From positions 79,732,001 to 79,796,000 of the forward strand of contig NC_043000.1 of NCBI RefSeq assembly GCF_006345805.1: 64,000 nucleotides of DNA. The letters run 5' to 3'. The translations under genes and the position numbers were made by a program. This document shows, piece by piece, positions 1-10,354 of this stretch. The DNA comes from Octopus sinensis. Taxonomy: Eukaryota. Position 1 is the first letter of the stretch. Each line of letters starts with the position of its first letter. The notes beneath the pieces are model-generated. The model was not told the DNA's origin. It saw only the letters and a program-made list of their open reading frames with translations, and did not search any database.

Positions 1-99
1 ATTACTTTTTTTCATGGCACTAACCCCACTCTCAAATGAATTGAACAACACTGTATATTGTTAAAAAATTAACAAGATCATAAACCATTTATTTCACAT

Positions 100-320
100 G
101 GACAATTTGAAGTTGTTTGCAAAAAGAAGTGGAGAAACTGTCAAAATATTCACAATATGGGGTATGAAGGTAAAAGCAATACCAGTAATAATTGGAACAT
201 TGGGTATGATAAAAAAAAATGAATAAAATGTAGAAGCCATACCTCGACCCTTAACACTACACACTATCTACTAGGAACAGCCCACATTCTATTCAAGACA
301 TTATCAATTCAATAGCACAA
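100..320 (+). mobile_element. Degraded 3' end of an RLE-type (R4/Dong-like) non-LTR retrotransposon
   Basis: Translates to PVIIGTLGMIKK...LLGTAHIL, matching the C-terminal motif IPIVIGALG...ALLRTARIL of the better-preserved copy at 2610-2750. Confidence 0.5.
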
Positions 321-639
321 CCCAAATAAAACAACCCACAAACACAAGATGCTTTCTATACTGCAAATATTCAATAAAATAAACAACCCCCACAACATAT
401 ACTTTACAGGTCAGATAGCCAACAGAAGAATACAACTCACATTACACATGCAACATTAATATAACAGACTCAAGCCAAACCCCATAACAAAACAAACTAA
501 TGCAACACAGTACCAGGAAGTGTTTGTACTCACCCAACACCAACAAAAGCAAGAATGCACTATGTTGCACACATCTCAGCAACATGGATGTGCAGTAGAT
601 GATGCAGTAGAAATTTGCCTAAAACTATCAAATGTTGAA

Positions 640-711
640 TGGGTCTACAACAAATATTCTGATCAGTACCACAGATTTGCTTGTTAGTTGCTTGACCTTA
701 ACCATTGAGTA
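640..711. mobile_element. Internal fragment of the (AAT)n-associated ~550-bp element
   Basis: caaatattctgatcagtaccacagatttgcttgttagttgcttgaccttaacca matches 5280-5335 and 56724-56778. Confidence 0.6.
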
Positions 712-713
712 GT

Positions 714-2766
714 ACATGGAGCCTTCCACCCTAAGAGTGACACTGATAGGCTGTACTTGTCCAGAAGAAAAGGTGGGAGAGGTTTGATCAGTTATAAGGA
801 CTGTATTGGAACAGACGAAAACAGCCTAGGGTGATATATTAAAAATGCTGCGGAGCCACTATTGAAACATATGAAGAAGGCCAGTGTAGCATTGGTGGAA
901 TGCATCCGCGCTCTCTGAGATATGCAGTACAAATAACGTCGTAGCAGATAACAGTTAACTTTTGGCTGCTATTTGGACCCTGTTGTGTCCACTACTCTGA
1001 TTGGTTGGCATCGGTGCAGTTTGTCTCTCGACTTATTTCATGCCAATGAGTAAACCAACCAATCAGAACCTTTCAATAATATCATGTGAGACAGATTGTT
1101 CACAATCCAATTTGAGCCTCCCTTTTGCTTTATAAGGTGCCAGCAAATCACTATTTCTTGTCTTTGGTCTTCGGCCATTGACCATACCCCCACAGAGCAG
1201 CCAGTTTCAGCGACGCCAGACCAGCCAGTTTCTGCAACTCAACCAGCACAAGTTCCCGCGACGACACCAACATATACCATCAAGCAGGACGTTTCCACTA
1301 CTGTTGCCCTTCAATTTCATGTTATCTCCAACAACACCAATACGTACACAACTTGCTCAGGTTAACTTTTACGCTGTTGTGATATTCACCAAGGTTAACA
1401 GCACACAGACACCTGTGAGATCTACCAATGTAACCTGGCAATGGATTGAAGCACCAACTTCTACATGTGTAGTAACCGATTTCCTCTTTGCCACCGACTT
1501 CATTGATACAGAACCACTGCTATTGTGTACCTGTATGAACTGGTAAATTATTCTCCATCTTGTGTCTGGACATTCTTTCTTTGCTCTGTATTGTTATTTC
1601 ACTCATATAACACACATGAACCCACAAACACAACACACTTGTTGCACACATCGTTGTTGTACTTACAACGGACACACAGACACACTTGTTGCATGCATTC
1701 TGACACTCCACTCTCCTAGCATTATACACACTCATTGTACACCTCTGTAAATAAAGTCTTTCTCTCTCAAACAGTAGAACGGTTGTGTTTCTCTCCTTAT
1801 TCTTTACTGGCACTCTTTATTCAATATGCCATGTATTTGGCTTATTCTTTTATAAGAACGACTGTGCAATGTTTTAAAAGGAGACATTTCTGTTACCAAC
1901 TCCTTTGCGTATGGTCGTTCACTACACCGGCATCATCAAAATTGAAAATTGTGTAACTAAAAAAAAATTTAAACAAGAAATGAACAAAAAAAGGAGAAAA
2001 AGCATGGAAGAAAAAATGTATGGTCAGTTTGCAAGAGATGTGAACACCAAGACAGTTACAGTGGACCGGTGGCTATGGATGAGGAGGAGTGACCTAAAGA
2101 TGGAGACAGAAGCATTCATATGCACAGCTCAGGAACAAGCCTTAAGGACCAATTATATGAAGTGCAGAATTGACAACACTACCGATAGCGGCAAATGCAG
2201 AATGTGTGGTAAGAGGGGTGAAACGGTATGGCACATTGTTATCAAATGCCCAAAACTGGCACAACGTGAATACAAATGACACCATAGCAATGTGGCAAGA
2301 ATGATCCATTGGGAGCTCTGTGGAAATCACAGCCTACAAAGAGCCAAGGCATGGTATGAACAAACTCCAGAAGGACTCACCAAAAATGAGAACTGCAAAA
2401 TCCTGTGGAATGTAATGATCCAGTGTGACACCTGACCAGACATAGGAAACCGGACATTGTTGTGGTGAATAAAAAAGTAAGAACATGTATGATAATCAAC
2501 TTAGCATGCCCTGGTGACAACAGGTTCAATGTGAAAGAAGAAAAAATAAACAACTATGATGATCTAAAGTGGGGAATACAAAGGTCGTGGTTAATGAAGA
2601 GATTAGACATGATACCAATAGTAATTGGTGCACTTGGAAGTATCAGCACTCAACTACCAACATGGCTGAAAAAGGTCGGTGCAGGTATGAAGGTTGAACA
2701 CCTACGAAAATCAGCATTGCTTAGAACTGCAAGAATTCTTCACAAGGTTCTTGAAGTAGACTGGTA
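714..2766 (+). mobile_element. R4/Dong-like RLE non-LTR retrotransposon, 3' half (RT thumb, zinc knuckle, restriction-like endonuclease), split by a solo LTR
   Basis: HGAFHPKSDTDRLYLSRRKGGRGL (714-790); QEQALRT, CRMCGKRGETVWHIVIKC knuckle (ORF 1905-2279); KPDIV and IPIVIGALG (2447-2767); frame is restored across the LTR (MKKA|GIIKIENC); followed by (TAA)n. Confidence 0.85.
885..1926 (+). mobile_element. Solo LTR (Gypsy-like, 4-bp TSD)
   Basis: Termini TGTAG...CTACA, flanks CCAG/CCGG, AATAAA near 1750, interrupts the LINE reading frame, homologous to 3786-4537. Confidence 0.85.
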
Positions 2767-2851
2767 AACAAGTGTCACGTTAGCTGGTTGTGGACATTTT
2801 CCAAATAAGCTGTGAGTTTTCATATAATAATAATAATGATGATGATGATGA

Positions 2852-3064
2852 TTTCAAATTTTTACACAAGGCCAGCAATTTCAGGGGAGGGGTTAAGTCA
2901 ATTGCATCAACCCCATTGCTCAACTGGTACTTATTTTATTGACTCCAGAAGGATGAAAGACAAAGTTGATCTTGGCCAAATTTTATCACTGCACATACAG
3001 ACAGATGAAATGCTACTGGGCATTTTGTCTGGTATGCTAATGATTATGCCAGTTCGCCACCTTG
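2852..3064 (-). mobile_element. tRNA-derived SINE family A (central domain gcctttcatcct..gtcgataaaataagtaccag)
   Basis: Reverse complement matches the + copy at 62212-62424 and copies at 4950, 35590, 56068, 56297, 58185. Confidence 0.75.
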
Positions 3065-4800
3065 AAACAAACTAAGTAATGATAGCCACTGTTAATGTTG
3101 TAACTGAGATAATAGAATATAAGCAGAAGACAGTTGAAAGAAAGAAAGGAAAAGAAAAAGCCAAACTGGAAGAAGAGAATACAAATGAAGTTGGAGAAGA
3201 CACAGAAAGAACTGAGACAATTAAATACGATAATGAGGAACTATTCAGAAAATTGAACGGACAGTACGAGTTGGAAGAGAAGTGCATGAAGAATTGTCTC
3301 AAAGAGTGGTAGCATTAAGGCCAAATTGAAAAGATATGATACTTGATGCAAAGGTTTTGAACAGAATAGATTGTTCTCATTGAATAGAAGACAGCTTTTT
3401 AAGGAAATAGTTCTGGAATAACATCCAGAAGTAATTCCTGGTGTGGAAGAAAGTAAAGCATTTTGGGGAGAACCTTGGAACAAGTCAGTGATATATAATG
3501 AAAGAGAAAAGTGGCCAACACAAGTGGAAAGAAAACTTGCTAATGTGCAGAAACAAAAGGATGTCAGATTAATATCTGTTCTCAATGAAATTGAAGCTGA
3601 AAAAAGTACCAAATTAGAAGAACCAGGCCTGGATGGGATACACAGTTATTGGCTGAAGAATTTTAAACAGCTACATGAATTGATCACAGCACACCTTGAT
3701 GAATGCCTGCAGTAAAAATATGTTCTTACTTGGATGACAAGTGGATCCTTGAAAGGTAAATTGGTGTCAATTTAACTCATAACCTTGTAGCATACCCTTA
3801 ATGAAATCCTCTCTCTCTGACATATATAACATAAATACGGACGTAGCAGATAACAGCTAACCTTCGGCTGCTTAGGCCCTGTTGTGTCCACTATTCTGAC
3901 TGGTTGGTATTGGCGCAACTTGCTTCTTGGTGTATTACACACCACTGTGCATCCCAGCCAATCGCAACCTTCTGATAAGGTCTTGTGACAGTCTTCTAAA
4001 TTCTCTGCTGGAGCTTATAATTTGCTATAAAAGCTTCAGTGATTCACCCTATGTCATCTTTGGTTCTAGTCCTTCTAAGGACTAACTTCTGACTACAGAG
4101 CACCCAGCGACACAGCCAGTTCCAATGACAGAACTTCTACTATTGCATTCATTACTACGAACTGGTATTTATCTCACACTTCATTGTGTCTGAACTTCTA
4201 GCATCCTGATAGACCTTTTCTATGCTCTGTATCTTATCTCACACGCATACGCCCTTGTTTGTACACACATACACGTTATTGTATGCATGGCGGCCTGTCT
4301 ATTATCATTGTTCTTATTATATATGTACTTCTGATGCATACACGTACACACTCTGCTACCCACATGTTAACATCTAAATAAAACCTTTCTCTAAAAATTC
4401 TACGGTTGTGTCGTCTCCTTATTCATTCTGGCACTCTTATTCATTTATCCATATTTTGGCTTTTATTGTAAGGCAACCGTGCGGTGTTTAAAGGAGTCAT
4501 TCATTCGTCACCTCTCCTTTCGCACGGTCATTCTACAACCTCTTTGCCACTTACATGGAAGCTTATAGCCAGTGTCTTGGCAGAAAAGTTTTATCATCAT
4601 CTGGAAAGTAACAATTTACTTCCAGTGGAACAAAAGGGCTGCAGGAGGTGAAGTAGTGCAACTAAAGATCAGTTGTTGGTTGATAAAATGGTAATTAGAA
4701 ATTTATGACATAAACCGACAGGACTGAATGTGGCAAGGTTGGATTATAAAAAAGCTTATGACATGATTCTGTGTAAATAGATAAGTAAAACAATGGGGTT
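3065..4800 (+). mobile_element. R4/Dong-like LINE, N-terminal region and early RT domains, degraded, split by a solo LTR
   Basis: PGLDGIHSYWLK (3622-3657); after the LTR WKL..SVLAEK.YHHLESNNLLPVEQKGCRR, KDQLLVDK, DYKKAYD. Confidence 0.8.
3786..4537 (+). mobile_element. Solo LTR related to 885-1926
   Basis: TGTAG...CTACA termini, perfect 4-bp TSD ACCT (3782-3785 / 4538-4541), shared 5' and 3' blocks with 885-1926. Confidence 0.88.
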
Positions 4801-4949
4801 TGTTCCTTAGGAAAAGGAAAGATCATGAGAAGGGCTTTGAGCACTTGATGGCATATTGAAATCACGTGGATATGGATATCTAAGATTACAGATAGTAACT
4901 CACTGTCGTTGTAAACTTTACCAGGAATAAGACTAATCCTGAGTAAAGG

Positions 4950-5129
4950 TCTGAAATGTTTTTGGTGGAGCTAGTCAATTACATCAATCCCAGTCCTCAA
5001 CCAGAACTTATGTTAAAAGGATGAAAAGCAAAATTGACCTTGGAAGAATTTGAACTCAGAGCATAAGGGTGAACGAACTGCTGCTAAGCTTTTGTCCCAG
5101 CATGCTAATGATTCTCTCAGCTTGCCACC

Positions 5130-5130
<1 letters not shown>
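4950..5130 (-). mobile_element. SINE family A copy abutting (AAT)n
   Basis: aaaggatgaaaagcaaaattgaccttggaagaatttgaactcaga matches other family A copies. Confidence 0.7.
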
Positions 5131-5192
<62 letters not shown>

Positions 5193-5193
<1 letters not shown>

Positions 5194-5729
5194 TGCCCAG
5201 ATGCAGTATCAGGTACTGGCTCTTATGACTTTTACTTATCATGTATATGTTTTATCTTGGTATGAAAGATGAGCTACAGCAAATATTCTACTCAATACCA
5301 CAGATTTGCTTGTCCGTTGCTCGACCGTAACCAGTTGAGCATGTCCCTTAGTGGTTGATTATATGTGCATCTCTGATCATGAGCAGAAGTAGTTGGGGAG
5401 CATCATAGTCATGTGTTCAGAGGAATTCTTTGGCGTTTGAATAATTCACCTCTGGAAACATGGGTGTTTCATTCATCATCCTTAAACAAACTTTATTCAG
5501 GGACCTTTTAAGAGGGATGGGCGACTCAACCTGAAGAAAATTCTAACTGGGACACACCTGCAATGTCATGTGCTGTTTATCTTGATATGAGATCACCATG
5601 TTATGTACATATGGTTGTGATGCATGTGCCTAGTGTACCCTTATCAGACAGGTAGTCATGATGGGTATACTGGGCTTCGAATGTTTGTACCCCAGTGCCA
5701 CTTTGGTGGCATACACTGCTCTCCCACTC
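5193..5729. mobile_element. ~540-bp non-coding interspersed element between (AAT)n and (AAC)n tracts
   Basis: Colinear, same boundaries as 56619-57172; microsatellite on both sides. Confidence 0.85.
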
Positions 5730-5809
5730 AACAACAACAACAACAACAACAACAATAACTGTCTGTTGTAGCCAAGGCTGTAATAAAGATAATATTGGCA
5801 ATATTGGTA

Positions 5810-6195
5810 GGTGCAGGCATAGCTGTGTGGTAAGAAACTTGCTTCCCAACTGCATGGTCTCAGTTTCAGTTCCACTGTGTGGCACCTTGGATAAGTGTCT
5901 TCTACTACAGCCTCTGGATGACCAAAGCCTTGAGAGTGGATTTTGTAGAGGGAAACTGAAAGAAGCCCATTGTATATGTGTGTTTGTGCGGGGTGGTGTC
6001 TTTGTATCTGTGTTTGTCCTCTACCCCCATTTGACAACTGCTGTTGGCTTGTTTACATCCTTGTAACTTAGTACTTTGGCAAAAAGAGATTGATAGAATA
6101 AACAGAAAAAAGTACTGGGGTTGATTCATTCAACTAAAAGTTTCTCAAGGTGGTGCTCCAGTATGGCCACAGTCTAATAGCTGAAATACATAAAG
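5810..6195 (+). mobile_element. tRNA-derived CORE-like SINE family B
   Basis: A/B-box-like head, ccttggataagtgtcttctact core, internal TG tract; matches 32392-32807 and 50792-51195. Confidence 0.8.
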
Positions 6196-6384
6196 AACAG
6201 TACCACTAACTATCAAAACGATTGATGCAGCATGGATGATACTTGTATTGACTACAGAGTAGTAAGAATGAAAATTGACAGTAATAATAAATTTTTTTCT
6301 AATATCAATGCTAACAATTCTCTACCTGCCTCTAGGAATTTTTCCATGATAAAAATTTATGTAAAGAAAGAATGTGAAAGAATC

Positions 6385-6620
6385 TGGCCTACTTAATGGT
6401 CATTGCAAATCTAATATTGTAGATATTTTAATGTACTGTTAAACCCATAATTCTTCTAAATTCTATATTGGTTCCACTTCTAGCTTCAAACAAAGATCTT
6501 ATGCACATTGCCATCGATTTTCTAAAGATACTCTAAAGAACTCTACTTCTCTTGCTGAACATAACTTCAGTTTAAAAGCCCAAAACGTTCCCTATGATAT
6601 GGAATCTATCATCATTTGAA
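6385..6620 (+). mobile_element. Penelope-like GIY-YIG endonuclease remnant
   Basis: Translates to LNGHC...KFYIGSTSSFKQRSYAH...STSLAEH.FSLK...YD, the layout of a Penelope endonuclease. Confidence 0.65.
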
Positions 6621-6730
6621 TTCATTTCTTTTCTATAAATATATTAAATGTTAAGGAAAAAAAAAATCTTCATCTCTTTCCTAAGCCACCTCAGTAACTG
6701 CTTAAAACTACAATATTAATTACCATAAAT

Positions 6731-7035
6731 CTTTTATTCTTTTACTTGTTTCTATCATTAGGCTGTGGCCATGCTGGGGCACTGCCTTGTAGAATTTTAG
6801 TTGAATGAATTGACTCCAATACTTTTTTCTTTTTGTTATTTCTTAAGCTTAGTACTTATTCTAATGGATCTTATGCTGAGCTGCTAAGTAATGAGGACAT
6901 AAACAAATCTATTCACAAGGCTTTGGTTGGCCCAAGGCTATAGTAGAAGACACTTACCCAAGGTGCCATGCAGTCGGATTGAACCTGAAACCATGTGGTT
7001 AAGAAGCTTTTCACCACATGGCCTCTCCTGTGCCT
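6731..7035 (-). mobile_element. SINE family B, internally deleted
   Basis: Reverse complement of head (6910-7035) and tail (6731-6905) of family B. Confidence 0.75.
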
Positions 7036-7045
7036 GAATAAAAGA

Positions 7046-7157
7046 TGTTTACAGTACCTAGATTTCCCAAGTAATCACCCACTTAAGTGCTAACTGGGCT
7101 CAACGTTGCTTAACTTTAGATGAGAACCAGCATTTTCAATGTGATATGGCTGTAAAC
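7046..7157 (-). pseudogene. 5S rRNA pseudogene
   Basis: Minus strand gtttacagccatatcacattgaaaatgctggttctcatct-aaagttaagcaacgttgagcccagttagcacttaagtgggtgattacttgggaaatctaggtactgtaaac aligns to metazoan 5S with a small internal deletion; followed by TCTTTT. Confidence 0.9.
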
Positions 7158-7266
7158 AATATTACGAACTATAACATTTGGTTTGAAGTTTAAACAGATT
7201 TAATGCTGAAACATCATTTTAATTAGAACGACTGTACATGCATATATATATATATATATATATATA

Positions 7267-7495
7267 TACATTATATAAAAGGGCTTAGTAAAATAAATTA
7301 CTTTGCCGCATACTGAACTCATTAGAAATAGCAGCTATTTCTAATGAGTTCGGTATGCGGCAAAGTAATTTATTTTACTAAGCCCTTTTATATAATGTAA
7401 TAATTTGAATTCGTCTTGAATGGTCCCTTTGCATACTGAACACTTGGTGAAATTGATTAATAATTAATTAATTTTGCCCTCAATTGTTGAAATTA
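7267..7495. repeat. 66-bp-arm palindrome at the end of a short Penelope-type element in (TA)n
   Basis: Arms 7267-7332 and 7334-7399, 1-nt spacer, one mismatch; (TA)n on both sides. Confidence 0.85.
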
Positions 7496-7505
7496 TATAT
7501 ATATA

Positions 7506-7602
<97 letters not shown>

Positions 7603-7722
7603 CACCTGTGTTTCCAGGTGTGACTTATTCAAGCCACAAAGAATTCCTCTCGTTATCATTATCATCATCATCATTATTATTATTATTATTATTATTATAT
7701 TATTATTATTATTATTATTATT

Positions 7723-7885
7723 TACACTCACAGAGTGGTTGGCGTTAGGAAGGGCATCCAGCCGTAGAAACACTGCCAGATCTGACTAGGCCTGATGAAG
7801 CCTTCTGGCTTCACAGACCCCAGTTGAACCGTCCAACCCATGCTAGCATGGAAAACGGACGCTAAACGATGATGATGATGATGAT
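7723..7885 (+). mobile_element. RTE LINE 3'-terminal fragment
   Basis: gagtggttggcgttaggaagggcatccagc...ggacgctaaac(gat)n matches 31646-31794. Confidence 0.85.
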
Positions 7886-7890
7886 ATATG

Positions 7891-7941
<51 letters not shown>

Positions 7942-7972
7942 TATATAATATATATATATAATATATATATAT

Positions 7973-7973
<1 letters not shown>

Positions 7974-8011
<38 letters not shown>

Positions 8012-9425
8012 GTTTAACGTCCGCTTTCCGCGCTAGCACGGGTTGGACAGTTCGACCGGGTCTGGGAAGCCAGGGGCCGCTCCAGGCTCCAGTCTGAATC
8101 TGGCAGAGTTTCTACGGCTGGATGCCCTTCCTAACGCCAACCACTCCGTGAGTGGATTGGGTGCTTTTTACGTGCCACCTGCACAGGGGCCGGAGGGTCC
8201 GGCATCGTCACGATCGGTTCGAGCATTTTAACGTGTCAGCGGCACGGGGGCAACGAGGTCCGGGGTACTTTGGGGATCGGGGTACTTTGGGGATCCAGGG
8301 TACTTTGGGGATCCGGGGTACTTAGAATGGGTAGGGGGTATGTGGAATTGCTGCAGAAAGCAGCCCGGATCTTTGTAGTCACAGCATATCTCCAGAGATC
8401 TCGGTCCTTCGCCATTGCCTCAGTGAGGCCCAATGCTCTGAGGTCATGCTTGACCACCTCATCCCATGTCTTCCTGGGTCTACCTCTCCCCCTGATACCT
8501 TCAACTGTTTGGGAGTGGCACTTCTTCACACATCTCTCTTCATCCATCCGCAGCACATGACCATACCATCGCAAGCGTCGCTCTTGCACACCACATCTGA
8601 TGCTTCTTATATCCAGCATTTCTCTCAGGATACTTACACTCTGTTTTGCGTGCACACTGACACTACACATCCAGCGGATCATGCTAGCTTCATTTCTTTC
8701 AAGTCTACGCATGTCTTCTGCAGTCACAGCCCATGTTTCATTACCGTGAAGCATGGCAGTTCGCACACATGCATCATACAATCTACCTTTTGCTCTGAGG
8801 GAGAGACCTTTTGTTGCCAGTAGGGGTAGGAGCTTTCTGAACTTTGCCCAGGCTATTCGTATTCTAGTGGTGATACTCTCTGTGCATCCACCTCCGCTAC
8901 TAACTTGGTCACCCAGGTAGTGGAAACTATCAACTACTTCTAGTTTCTCTCCCTGGAGTGTGATGGAATCTGTTTTCTGAGTGTCTGTTGTGTCTATTGT
9001 CCCTGTGCATCTGCCGCACATGAAAGCTATCTTATCTGTTAATTTCCCTTTAATGTTGCTGCACCTCTTATGTGTCCATAACTTACATTGGGTGCATCTT
9101 ATGGAGTTTCTACCTGTACCTTTCCTACAGGTTGAGCAGGGCCACCTACCCGAGGGGATGTGTGCCGAGTACCTCTTGCTGCTTACTAATACTTTGGTCT
9201 TTGCTACATTTATTCTAAGGCCCTTTGATTCCAACCCTTGCTTCCACACCCGAAATTCTCTTCTAGTTCCGGTAGTGATTCTGCTATGAGAGCTAGGTCA
9301 TCGGCATAGAGGAGCTCCCAGGGGCATCCCGTTTTGAATTCCTCTGTTATTGCCTGAAGGACTATGATGAATAAAAGGGGACTGAGGGCTGAGCCCTGGT
9401 GCACACCTACTTCTACCGGAATTCT

Positions 9426-9431
<6 letters not shown>
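7974..9431 (-). mobile_element. 5'-truncated RTE LINE (RT C-terminal half, 3' UTR, (GAT)n tail), frameshifted
   Basis: HQGSALSPLLF, LLYADDL (ORF 9210-9404), 337-aa ORF 8236-9249 homologous to 29358-31202; inserted in (TA)n. Confidence 0.93.
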
Positions 9432-9482
<51 letters not shown>

Positions 9483-9491
9483 GTATATATA

Positions 9492-9819
9492 TATATATAT
9501 GTATATATATATCACGTGATCACGTGACCAACCAGGCTATCAGATGTTGCTACACATCGCTGGTCACAATGCGCTTCGCATTGTTTTAGCCTTCAAATGA
9601 CACTACCCCGCTGGCTAAGTGAGCAGGCCAACAGAAGAAAGAGTGAGAGAAAGTTGTGGTGAAAGAGTACAGCAGGGATTGCCACCATCCCCTGCCGGAG
9701 CCTCGTGGAGCTTTAGGTGTTTTCGCTCAATAAACACTCACAACGCCCGGTCTGGGAATCGAAACCGTGATCCTACGACCGCAAGTCCGCTGCCCTAACC
9801 ACTGGGCCATTGTGCACCA
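9492..9819 (-). mobile_element. tRNA-derived SINE family C
   Basis: Minus strand tggcccagtggttagggcagcggac...ggtttcgattccc (A and B boxes), aaaacacctaaagctccac shared with 22744-23051. Confidence 0.8.
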
Positions 9820-10144
9820 CATATATACATATATACATACACATACTCCCATATATATATATTATATATATATATAATATATATATATATATTATATATA
9901 TACATATATATATATATTATATATTATATATTATATATATATATATATATAATATATATATATATAATATATGGGGGTGTGTATGCATATATGTACATAT
10001 ATATTCCTTTTTTTTTTCTTTATGAATTTCAGCGCAAAGGTTGGAGCACCATCTGTCTAATCATCTTTCCATGGCCACTCTTATGCAGTTGGCTCTTGGT
10101 GAAGGAAGGAGTTTGACATTGCTGCCCTCTTTTGAGTTTCTTGC

Positions 10145-10175
<31 letters not shown>

Positions 10176-10239
10176 CCAATTCCAAAAGAAAATTATTCCA
10201 CATTCTCTAGAAAGTCTATAAATTTATTATAATAACAAT

Positions 10240-10276
<37 letters not shown>

Positions 10277-10354
10277 ATATGTATTATAATAAAGCTCTGA
10301 AAAGTCTTGTGAAATATAGCTACCTAGGGTTCTCTGACTAAAATGATAATCTTG

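Noticed and set aside
7480-7789. Poly-YI/IY ORFs here and at many other TA/TG tracts
   Set aside because: Dinucleotide microsatellites lack stop codons; no coding signal
9740-9819. tRNA gene (also 22744 and 31892)
   Set aside because: tRNA-like heads continue into SINE bodies and lack a proper acceptor stem
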